Of a DNA stretch of 64,000 nucleotides, positions 52,933 to 64,000 are shown in pieces. The first letter of the stretch is position 1, and each line of letters starts with the position of its first letter. The stretch spans positions 4,154,001 to 4,218,000 of the forward strand of contig NW_024704763.1 of NCBI RefSeq assembly GCF_018977255.1, given 5' to 3'. A program made the position numbers and the translations under genes. The notes beneath the pieces are model-generated. The model ran no database searches. It was not told the DNA's origin and saw nothing but the letters and a program-made list of their open reading frames with translations. The DNA is from Callorhinchus milii (lineage: Eukaryota).

Positions 52933-54650
52933 TCATGTTTCTGAGATGCACTTCCTGCTCTTCCGAATGCTGCAACATTCGGGGCATCCGCACGGACAGC
53001 AGCGGGTGAGGTGTCTACCAAGGCTGGTCCTGTTCAGCGTGCAGTAGTACAGCATGTCAGTCACCAGCAGCACTGCCAAGCAGAGCCCATATAGACAGAC
53101 TGTACTTAGTGATCCATACTTACTGAAAAAAAACAATGGAACAACTGATGTACAGGAGCAATGTCATAGCATCTCAAAGCACTTCAATGCTAATTACTGT
53201 CAAATGTAGCAACTGAGCACAGAACGACTGTTATTGCACATCCCAGTTTAGCGTGGGGATGGATCCGCACTTTCCTGGAAGCTTGGTACACTTCCAGCTT
53301 CCAACGCTTGGCCGGCTGGCTTCCCGCACATTGCATGATAATAATAATCCTTGCATTTGATATAGCGCATTAGTATGTTGTTGAGATCTCAAAGTGCTTC
53401 ACAGATAATTCTGTAAAGTGAATTGACTGTATATCTTGTGGCCGAAACACAGCAGCCAATGGCGCACAGCAGTGTCTCACAAACAGTCGTGGAGAGAGTT
53501 TCTTAATTACATTAATTAAACCACCAATTAATATGATAGTTTGGGCCCCTAAACTCAGACCCAGCACTATAATGTGGGGTACTAAAATATGGCCTTATGT
53601 CCACCAGAATCACAAGGCAGAAATTAAGTTAATAAATACAATCAAAAACCAGGATGATGATCTGGAAACGAGCAGAAAAATTGGATCCAACATAGAATAT
53701 AATTGACAATAGTATCAAGTAGATAATTGCTACCTACGCGTACAAGGAGGGCAGTGTGGGGTTAATTCCAGTCATGTTCTGGAACTCTGCCTGATTGCAG
53801 CAGTATTTCAGGGTCCGGTTACTCCGGTGGCAGCAGTAAGCGTGTTTCTGGTCTTCGTTGAGCCGTGGGCAGTGGAATCCAAAGTGGTACAGCTCAGCGG
53901 AATCCAGGTATGACTCGCAGAGCCTATACTCAGAGGCAGAGGCTGAACACACAGAGTTCACGGTCAGCGTCAGATCACTTGATTACAGATTTACAGTTTA
54001 AAGCGTGGGGAACGTCAGCCGCGAGGAAGCACTTTTTTTGCTGGAACAATCGCTCACCACTGGAAGAAAACATTCACACCACGATCATTCTAGAATCACA
54101 TAATCACATGGTTCAGAAACAGACCATTCAGCCCATTAAATCTCAGATGGAGGTTTTCTCTACATAAACCAAACTGGTCGCACTCTTCTGCTCGCTTCCC
54201 CAACCCTTTAATATCCCCTTTTGCAAGCATCTATCTAAATCGCTTCTAAAATAGCTTTTGGACTCTGCATCAGCAAGCGTTTGTGTCAAGTTGCAGTAGT
54301 CCTTAACGTGTTCCTAAACTTAATCCTGGCAGCAATTACTACTGTCTTGGTCATATCTTGATTTACTCCCGGTGGTTCCCTCTCCCTTGTACCCAATTAT
54401 GAAACTGATCTCCACCAAGTTGGATTTTTCAATGTTTTGAAGTAACAGCCTGAAGTTTTTATTTTTTGCCCCTTTAGAGAATCAAAAGCATATTTTTGTT
54501 AATCCTTATTTTCTGGACCCAATGAAAATCGTGCTCACCACAGGCCAGAAAACGTTATCAAGGTCAGTGCCTTGGAGCTACTTGGTACATACCCATTAAT
54601 GGTCGCTCACAGAGAAGGAGGATAGTCAGGAACTGAATGCCCAGCGACAT
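52933..54650 (-). CDS. Shisa-like protein 1 (KIAA1644) family single-pass membrane protein, probable paralog, 3 coding exons, ~150 aa
   Basis: Exons 54650-54593 (signal peptide [19 protein letters not shown]; phase-1 donor GTATGT), 53942-53738 ([19 protein letters not shown]....[19 protein letters not shown]; donor GTAGGT, phase 2), 53122-52933 ([24 protein letters not shown] then Cys-rich tail). The 6-Cys pattern and [10 protein letters not shown] match the SHISAL1 family. Confidence 0.85.
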
Positions 54651-55590
54651 TGTGACCCACACCTTGTGACCAGGACCATCAGTCTGGGAGTTATCCTCAT
54701 TAGGTGGCAATAAAGCCTGAAACAGGGATATCAAACATATAACACTGTCGAGACATTTCAAAACGCTTCACAGGATACACTGTAAAATGGATTGACTGTA
54801 TTTTGGGGGCAAAATGCTACAACCACTTTGCGCTCAGCAATATCCCACAAATAACCATAAATTTTATTTTTGGGAGTTTGTTGGCCAGGACACCGGAAAA
54901 ACTCCCTTCTCCATTCGAATAGTGCCGTGCGATCTTTAGGATCCACCTCAACAGGCAGACGGGGTTTTGGTTTAGTTACTCGTCTGAAATATCACATTTC
55001 ATTGCATATTAATTGCAATTTAATTTGCTTCATGACCGGGGGTTGTCAGTCTCAGCAGCGTGCCCTACACTTCGCAGTGGCCTGGAATTCAAACCTAGCA
55101 TCGTACCTGCAGACAGATCGAGATCAGTGAACACCTTCCCTGTTGTTGCTGACTTGGTCCAAGAAATACATCCTCCTGTAAAGCTCACTCACCACTTCCC
55201 TCAGCGAGCCCTGCCCGGCTCATGACACTCACATGATTCGCTCCTGCAGTAATTCCAAACAAATTAGTCACATCCATCCATGGCTCTGACACTAATTACT
55301 TGATAATGAACCTGAATTATTGCAAAGAAACAAGATCCTTGTGAGAAGGTGAGGCAAGGAGTGAGAACAGTACAGAAAGAGCGGGAGAGGGCAGAGAGAG
55401 AAAGCGAGACCGACCGACAGACAGAGAAGGGCAGAGAGATTGAAGGAAGTCGGAGAGAGAGAAGTGAGAGAGAAAGACACTTGGAGAAACTCGCTTCTGT
55501 TTCTGAATATTGTGGGATCTTTAACGTCTACCAGAAGAACAGTCAGACAAGTTTAATGTCTCATCTGAAGGACAGCATCTTCAACAACAC

Positions 55591-55904
55591 AGCTCAGTGG
55601 TTAGAGCACTCGCTTTGCAAGCGAGAGACCTGAGTTCAATTCCAGGCAGAGGGTGAAACCTTGGGCAAGTTTCCTTACTCCACACAGAGCCTAATAATAA
55701 TCCCTCCAAAACCAAAAAACAATAATAAATTGGTCATTTTCAATCTATGACTGTTTGTGGGACATTGCTATGTGCAATTGGCTGCCGCGTTCGCCCACAA
55801 ATATACAGTCAATTCACTTTACAGTGTGTTCTGTGAAGTGCTTTGGGACGTCCTCCCGACGTGAAAAGCGCTATATCAAATGCAAGAATTATTATTATTA
55901 TTAT
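55591..55904 (+). mobile_element. Young SINE copy nested in an older SINE
   Basis: Matches 35700-36012; flanked by AACAC(AGC) on both sides. Confidence 0.9.
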
Positions 55905-56127
55905 AACACAGCGCCCCACCAGCAGTGCCAATCTAGACTGTGAGCTCAAGTCTCACTTTGGGGGGGTTGAACCCACAACTTTCTGATGCAGAGGTGAAAG
56001 TGGACCCCACTGAGATTCCCCTCAGCAATGTGGAATCTGGACCACCTGACATTACTACAGGAAACACACATGCTGATGATCAGTGATGTAAAACTGTCAC
56101 TTCTTCCAAGGGCACAGTTGTACCTTA

Positions 56128-56422
56128 ATAATAATAATCCTTGCATTTGATATAGCGCTTTTCACGTCTTCTAGATGTCCCAAAGCGCTTCACAGAATAT
56201 GCTGTAAAGTGAATTGACCATTTATTTGTGGCAGCCAATTGCGCACAGCAATGTCCCACAAACAGTCGTAGATTGAAATTGACCAATTTATTATTGTTTT
56301 TGGTTTTGGAGGGATTATTATTAGGCTCTGTGTGGAGTAAGGAAACTTGCCCAAGGTTTCACTCTGCCTGGAATTGAACCCAGGTGTCTCGCTTGCAAAT
56401 GCCCTAACCATTGAGCTACAAG
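56128..56422 (-). mobile_element. Young SINE copy, inverted relative to 55591-55904
   Basis: Reverse complement of the family consensus seen elsewhere in the window. Confidence 0.9.
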
Positions 56423-59400
56423 ACTGATATAGTGCCTTTTCACATCTTCAAGACGTCCAAAATTGCTCCACAGAATATACTATAAAGTGCATTGACTATA
56501 TATTTTGTGGGCAAAATACCTTGTTCATACTTTGTGCATTAACAAGAAGGGTTTGCGGGACTCGTCAACGTGGGGACACTTACTGTAAGAATTTTTTTTA
56601 AAGAAACGTCCAGGTAACATTTCTGGTGCTTGTAGCAGACTGGAGTCCCTTTGACTCCCCACTCATACCCTACTCATGTTCACAGATCCTCTTTGACTGT
56701 GCTTTTGTTCATTATTCCACTCCCCCCACAACAAAAAAACTCCAGTGCCCAGCCAACAGGGTGAAGCACTTTGAAAGACACTATTTAAATGTAAATTGTT
56801 TTGTATTTTGAAATGATTTCAGAAGTACTCCTCTCTTCGCCCCTCCAAAAAAATAAACCGAATCAAACTTTTACCTGAGAATTGGATAAACTGAAAGAAG
56901 TTTCAACAGAATTCCATTCACGAGTGGTTTTGAATGTGCAAATATCACAATTTTTAAAGAAACCGAATTTGTAATTTTGAATGTTAGAATTGATAACTTT
57001 CAACCTGAAACTTACCAGATTACGGGCACTTGTGAACTCATCGGGTCTCCAGATACCTCCGGGCAGGTCTGAATAACTGATCCTATGTGTAATTTTCTTA
57101 TTTTAAATGCAAAATACTGTAGTTTTGCTGCTGTTCTTTAGAGCAGATCCCAGCTTGAAGTTCCTCACTGTTTATTTTTGCGCTGTTCCTCTCTGCAAAT
57201 TCTGAGCTGCAAATAAAGGTCCTTTCTGTCTTGAGCCCATGTTAATTTTTATTCCCAGATTAAAGCCCACCGGAGCAATATGATCGCTTCAAGTGTTCTG
57301 AATCTAATTGATGTGCGGCAGTTTTGGGGGGAATTGAAAGCCTTAGCAACTTTACTCTGCCACGCCACTCTCCTAGCAACGGACTCCAGTCTCTCATTGA
57401 AACTATGTAAATTAATTTCCTATTTTCCTCCTTCTGGCGCTGATGGTTTATTGCCTTTGATTTCCCCCTTTGTCAATTAGTGTGATGAATAAAGTATTTC
57501 AAATCTCTCTGCAGTAACACAGGCACACACTTGGGTTCTTTATCTCGTCTCCCCCTGATGGTGCTGATCTTGAACAGACAGACTGGTCTGAGCAAATGTT
57601 AAGGGTGACAGTATTGTCATCAAAACCTTTTTAAAGTGAGAAGGACTCGGCCAGTCTGCAAACTTTTACCAGTTTTTTTTTTGGAGGGAGCTCTTTATAC
57701 ACAATGTCACTTACTGCACATTGCCACGAAGTAACGATAGTCCAAGTTCCAACACTTTCTTTTTTGAAAAAAAATCTTTTCTTCTGCCTTTGTATTACTC
57801 GTGTTTTGCATTACATTTCCAGTTCCATCCACTACATTGATCCGGAGCACAGACACATTTGCACTTTAATAGTTTACATTAACAGCCGCCCTGAATGACA
57901 TCAAAGCCACGGTGATTTACACAAGTGAGATGAAAGTCTAAAATTCTGCATTTTCTTTCTATTGCACCACCTGTGGCACCCAGACAGGAAACTGGTTGTT
58001 GCATTGCGGCTGAGCCTAGGTTTGGTGTGTTGCAATACATATTCCCTTAAGATCTAAACCCTGTAATCTACCTTTAAGCAATTCTGTTCTTACTGTCCTA
58101 AGATCCAATCAATCCGGTGTTAAATTTAGTTTTTTTTAAAAAATATTTAGTCGCTTAGGATGCCATTCAGCTCATAGAAATAGCTCTTGCATTACACAGG
58201 GCAACTATTTAATTCGATTTCCCCTTTGATACTTGTTGTTATATACAATCTCCCTTTCAACCCTTCTATCGAGTATAACTTTGGTATTCTGTCCCTTATT
58301 CTCAAGATTCTTTCACCAATATTAGCTCTATTATTAAGGTCATGTTCTCTTATGCTGGATTCCCCCAACTTAAGCAAAGTCATTCTCTATTACTTTGTCC
58401 TTTATTTTGAACGCCTCAATAATGATAATCTTTGAATTTGATATAGCACCCTTATCACGTCTGAGACTTCTCAAAGCGGTTCACAGATTATACCGTAAAG
58501 TGAATTGACTGTATATTTTGTGGGCAAACTCAACCCCCTGACCCCAAGAACCCATTTACGCTGGGTCTCTTTTAAAATTAAGAAACCCAGTTGAAGAGAC
58601 AAGTTTCGTAGAGCCACCATGGTACAGATAGAGATGGCAAAGAGGAACTGGATGGCTCCTGAGGTAATTAATGTCAGTTTGGAAAATGTCAAGGTCTGTA
58701 AAGTTTGTGTTCATGAAAAGCATTATCCAGTGTGTGTTTGGTTAGTAATTACTGATTGCGCTGGGGGAAACTCGGAAAGTGCCGAAGTTCAGTAGAACTG
58801 GCGCATGTGCATTATAAATATATTGAGTAGCCCTATAAATATTTTTTTGTGTACTTAATGTTGTTTTTGTTACTTACGTTGATATCAAGTATCCAAAGGT
58901 GTCAGTTTCAACAATTTGGCTGGTAACTTACCTCACTATTATGCAAATGAAGGATTGGAAGTGTACTTCTCCCCTTTTGGGCAACTGAGGGGAGGATTCT
59001 GATTGAATCATAAAAATGACATTGATTACATCAAGTAAGTGGTTCAATACAATTACCATTGGGTACCTAATTTGGGAAGGTGCTCAATGCCCATGAATGA
59101 AATGGTCACTTTTTTCTACCTGATTTCAACAAAAGGTATGTGCTCTGACTATTGATGAGCAGTAGTCAGAGGTTGGTTCTTCGTGCACTTTATATTAACT
59201 TCATTACAAGTGGCTGCTAGCGTCTTTAGTTTAAATGCAATTAATGTTTGTTATTTCATAGCTGTGTTTGTTGATATTTATCATGTCGTTTAAGATTTAA
59301 TGCCGAGGGTTGTGGATTTCCTCGAAGCTGCAATAACATTCTGTTGAATTTACTTAACCGTGCTTTCTCGAGCTTTCTATATAAATCAAAGGAGGGAATC

Positions 59401-62259
59401 AACAGACAGGTACAGCCTAGGACGTAGGTATTCAAAAATAAACCTCTGATTGACTGAAGCTTCTCAATTTGCTTTAAATAGCAATTGGTAGTACCTGTCA
59501 TCGTGGAAGAAATCATTCATCAACTTACACCTAGTTATAGGGACTTGCATTCATTAATGAGGATTGAACACAGAGGCCACCCAGTACACTCTGTGAGGGG
59601 GAGCAAGCCATATTGTGGGTGTACATAGGGGGGTAAGAACCGTCTCAAGGTGAATAGTTGAAAGAGTTCTGGAGTTTCATTTATGTGGATGGGGAAATGC
59701 AGGCAGAGTTCTTGCAGATTAATCTAGTTAGGTTGTCCATTCCAGAGATTGGAATATGTGCTCTGGAAAATGAAATTGTACAGAGCTGTGCACTCGGTGA
59801 AGTGGTTCAGAGCTCATTCAGTCCCTGGTTTTATTGAAACCTGCTCATCGTCATGGGATGATTGGCTCAACCCAATTGTTCCAGCAGCCCACAATAGGTA
59901 ATTTAATATTGCTTACATTTGATAAATTGCCTTTCAAGTCAGGAGTACATCTCAAACTACTTCACAGGATATACTCCTAAAGAGAAATGACTTTTTAGAG
60001 GGTGAATGCAGCAGCCAATTTTATATGCTGCAATGCACCACAAAAACTCTTTAAGTTAATGACCATTTTTTAAAAAATTTGGGGAAACTTCTCTTCTTGA
60101 AAAGCAGAGTGGATCTTTAACATCCACCTCAACGGGCAGATGGGACCTCGATTTACCATCTCAATTTAATGTGCACATTCACTCGTTTTCCAATCAGGTA
60201 AATTTACAAAAAAACAACTGTGATCAGTAAGTCCAGGACCTTTTTCACTGTTGACAATAAACTGAATTAGATTTGCAAAACTTCAGCAGCCTCTCAACAC
60301 AATGATGCTCTGAGGCTAATCCTGTTCAAAAACATCTGCTCTGGGTATTAACTGATCATTGAAATACAGCTCTAAGCAACTGCCAAAGAATTTTCATAAA
60401 GGTTATTAAAACAAATCTAGAGTTGATACCCGATTCTTTATTAGAAATTTCCCAACACAAAGCATAAATATTAATGACGAGTAAAAACTGATTTGGCTGC
60501 AGTAAGTGGTTTAATATGGATGGGAGTCACTGTATATCTTTAGAATTAAAATCTGACGCAGTAATGTGGAAGTCAGTTTTATCGGTTTGGTATATAATGT
60601 AATTTAACTCACTGACCAGGCAGTGGTTTTAGCGAGTTTATTAACTGAATGTTTGAGCCGTATCAGCCAGGACTACAGCACACTCGGACTCAGGTGTTGG
60701 ATGTGGGAGGAGAAAAGATTCCATTCCCGAGATCTCAACGTCAGACTTTATTGAGGGATTTTAAGATCTTATTCGGGATTTTCTTAGTTTTAATTCTGAT
60801 GTTCTAATTTTAAAATAGCAGCCCACTTACCGTAACTACATTGCAGTTATTCGATAAGTTTCTTCTCAATTAACCTCAAAACAATAAATCTGCAGAAGCA
60901 ATACTTTTGAGAAATAAAAGCTACTGGGCAAAACATGGCTAAAGATTATTTTCCTGTTCGATTCTGCAATTGCCATACACCATGATTGTCATTAAATGCA
61001 AAAAGAGCACAGGACTAATGTTGGCTTTGATATCACAATATTGACATAATTACTCCAAACAAAGCCCTATGAAATCAAATACACCCAGGGCTGGAGGTTT
61101 GAGCTCATAGCAAACAACAGATATTGCACAAATACCCCCACTCCCCCCAAGAAAGGTGTGTGAACGAAACCAGTGTGATAAATAGTCTAGTGTTACCACA
61201 TTTCTGGGTATGGTGTGGGGCAGAAAGAGAAAAATTGAAACAGACGGAGCATCAGCTCTAAGTGATTTACAAAAAAAATGCATCTTTATAAAGCCTTAAG
61301 CATCAACACATCTCAAAGCGCTTTACTGCATTTACTGTCAAATGTAGTGAACTTTTCATCGGCAAACAGCTGCCATTCTGCAAACAGAGGGGGCCACTAA
61401 CAGAATAGAGGTAAATCGTGATTTCTCACCAATGTCTGCACAAACTGGCACAAAATGAGGAGACTCCTTTCATGTAGTGTCAGGAGATCTTCCACCCGAG
61501 GATAGGTAGACAGGAACAAATTGCTCCCTGCTTTATTTAGATTGCAAGTGTCATCAGTTCGACAGTTAAAAGTCCACATTATTGAATAGAAAACAAAAGT
61601 CCATAACTCATGATGCCTCTTTCAGAAACCCTAGGAAATCCTCTGTCCCGTTGCTGTGTGCAACCGTGCATCAATTCACACACCATCACCAGCTTCCCTT
61701 CGTCTTCTCTTGATATGTAGAATCGGCAGAGGTCGACTGCAAAGGCTTTCTTCCAAATGCCCACACGCTCGTACTACATTCAGTTTTATCTTCATGTCCA
61801 TGGTTTAGTGTTCTGTCTCTCCCCCCCATCCCAACCCCCTTTAAAATCACAGTTATAATTATGTGCAAAGGCTAAAGCCCACTTGGCTCTTTCAGATTCC
61901 TGATACTGAAATTCAGTCTTTCTTCTCAAGTTAAGAAACCACAAGCCACACTAAAGGAGGCGATGAACGAAGTTCACATACCGCGCAAGAATTTCCTTCA
62001 CTCCAATGTTATCCTTACGACTCGTATATCTACAAGGTTTGTTTTTTTAAGCACTGTTTCGGAAGTCACTGTCTGGTGCTGTCGTCGAGTGCAGTCTAAT
62101 ATTCACACAAGTTTGGTCCTGGGTTACATTGCGTTTGTGCTTCTCTGTACTGATCGGCTGGATTCCAAGCACCGAGTGCTCACTCCTCATATACAATCCT
62201 GCCACAGTCCTACTGCTAATATGCTGCTAGCTTGTCTTTACCTGTAACCAGGAGCTTGT

Positions 62260-63715
62260 TCAAACCATCCGGATCTGGAATGTGGAAACTTCCATCGACT
62301 TCATGGAAATAAGGCCACTGTTGTTTAACGGCTCAGACGGATAGAGCAGGGACAGAGACGTGGGTTGGACACTCCGAATGTCTAGGCCTTGAAACAGATT
62401 CTCGATTGAGAGCTGCATAAAAACATTATGGATTTAAGCTACATTTAAATTATCGGGATGTTTGAAAAGAAGATGCAGAAGAACCCTGTTATAACATGCT
62501 CTATCTAATGCAAGGATTATTATTATTATTATGTGGTAGTTGATCACATCAGTGACATCACTGCGCACGGGCACAGAAAGTCAACCAGCTGCAACAGTGC
62601 AAATTGCACTTCAAACTGCAATTTATGTTTCAAAGTAGGGGTTCTACAGAATAACAACAACTTGCACTTATATAGCGCTCTCTGTGCAGGGCAGCAACTC
62701 AGAGCGTTTAACAATAGCAGAGCCTTACCTTCCAGAACTTGGAAGGTAAGGTTTAAAGGGTACACAGAAAAGGCAGAAAAATAAGATTAAAACATCTAAT
62801 CAACTGTCAGAGCAGGTTCATGAGACTGAATGGCCTCCTCCTATTGCTGAGTGCATCCTACCTTGCCATGGGTGGTGCTGCAATTGAAGCCCAAGGTCTT
62901 GGCCTCCAGGCTGCAGTCAAATCCTTTGCGATGGAGAATTAGTGCAGACTCCGAGCCGGGGGCTGAAGCCACCTGCAGCACAAACACCAGAGAAAGTTAG
63001 TCATTCAGTAGCTGAAAGTCAAGCTTCAGCACAAACTAAAAAGCGGGGCTGGTGGGTGGAAAATAGATTAGAAAAAACAAAGTGCATGACAATACTTAGA
63101 ATAATAATCCTTCCATTTGATATAGTGCCTTATCAAGTCATCAAAACGTCTCAAAAGTGCTACACTGCATATACTAAGTGGATTGACTGCGTATTTTGTG
63201 GGTGAACGTGGCAGCCAGTTGCGCACAGCAATGTGCCACAACAACCATAGAATGCGTGACCAATTTTATTGGGAATTTGTTGGCCGGAACATCAGGTGAC
63301 AGAAACTCCCTTCTCTTAAAAAGTTCACTTAAAAGGTTCCTGGATAAATATTGGGAGTTGAGATTGGGGTATGCTGCTCTGTGGGAAGCTAGCATCAGCA
63401 CAGAAACGGGGAATAGAATTAAAGAAGCATCCAAAAGCCCAGACTATGAGTTCAAGTCCTGACATTACCAAGAGAGCTAGGAGGATACTGAACAGTTAGT
63501 TTGCTTTTCTTGCTCCTCACCTCGGACTGCAGAGTTCTTAGGTTCAGGATGTGCGTGTCGCATGGCACGCTTGCCGAGAGCGGCTTCCAAGACCTCACTG
63601 GCGGAACGATCTGGGGCCGGGGAATCACCGGCAGGGCCATGACCTTGTGGTTCACATACATGGAGGTCATGTGGCTCAGCAAAGAGGGAAAGCTGACTGG
63701 CCTGCCATCCTGCAC
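62260..63715 (-). CDS. MAN2A2: Alpha-mannosidase 2x, last three coding exons (gene continues beyond the window)
   Basis: Exons 63715-63521 ([16 protein letters not shown]...[15 protein letters not shown]), 62972-62862 ([29 protein letters not shown]), 62412-62260 (NLFQGLD...[10 protein letters not shown]...[11 protein letters not shown]); all phase 0; upstream of UNC45A as in human. Confidence 0.93.
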
Positions 63716-64000
63716 CTGTGAAAACAAGACACCGGATGAAGACGCCTGCATTTGATATCTAGGTTAATTCGGTCTCACCTCTCACTATAAATGGAGACTA
63801 CACTGGGTGGTAAGTTGATCACCTATCTGCCAATTATCCCTGAATCATTTTCCTGCTGCTACTGATTCCCCTGCGGTCAGTGTAGCAAGCGATTTGCAAA
63901 CCTCGCCAAATCAAACTGTCAGACATTGTCAACCGGAACTAGCAATTAACACAACAACAAACCGGGTTTACAAATACCCAAACTTAATGTTGGGCACAAC

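Noticed and set aside
53734-53736. Apparent premature TAG in the Shisa-like gene
   Set aside because: It lies inside the intron if the donor GC|GTAGGT at 53737 is used, which gives the phase 2 needed by the next exon

Overview
Vertebrate nuclear DNA, most likely a cartilaginous fish. The tRNA-headed DeuSINE/L2/CR1 repeat mix points to a chimaera such as Callorhinchus, but that is an inference. The window holds seven intron-containing or single-exon genes, all on the minus strand. In transcription order they are MAN2A2 (last 3 exons), a SHISAL1/KIAA1644-like gene, UNC45A (20 exons, ~942 aa), RCCD1 (8 exons, 444 aa), GDPGP1 (single exon, 436 aa), CIB1 (7 exons, 190 aa) and TTLL13 (~15 coding exons). 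Exon structures were built by hand from GT/AG junctions and phase continuity. No prokaryotic-type system or CRISPR array is present. Most notable observations: (1) a ~43-copy minisatellite built from the PBX-PREP/MEIS decamer TGATTGACAG plus GC boxes, abutting the UNC45A promoter; (2) a SHISAL1 paralog where human has HDDC3; (3) a SINE copy in the RCCD1 CpG island almost unidirectionally rewritten A/T->G/C; (4) a 1-nt frameshift in TTLL13 with a nearby acceptor that would restore the frame; (5) a 63-nt pre-miRNA-sized intronic hairpin; (6) a ~55-aa insertion in GDPGP1.
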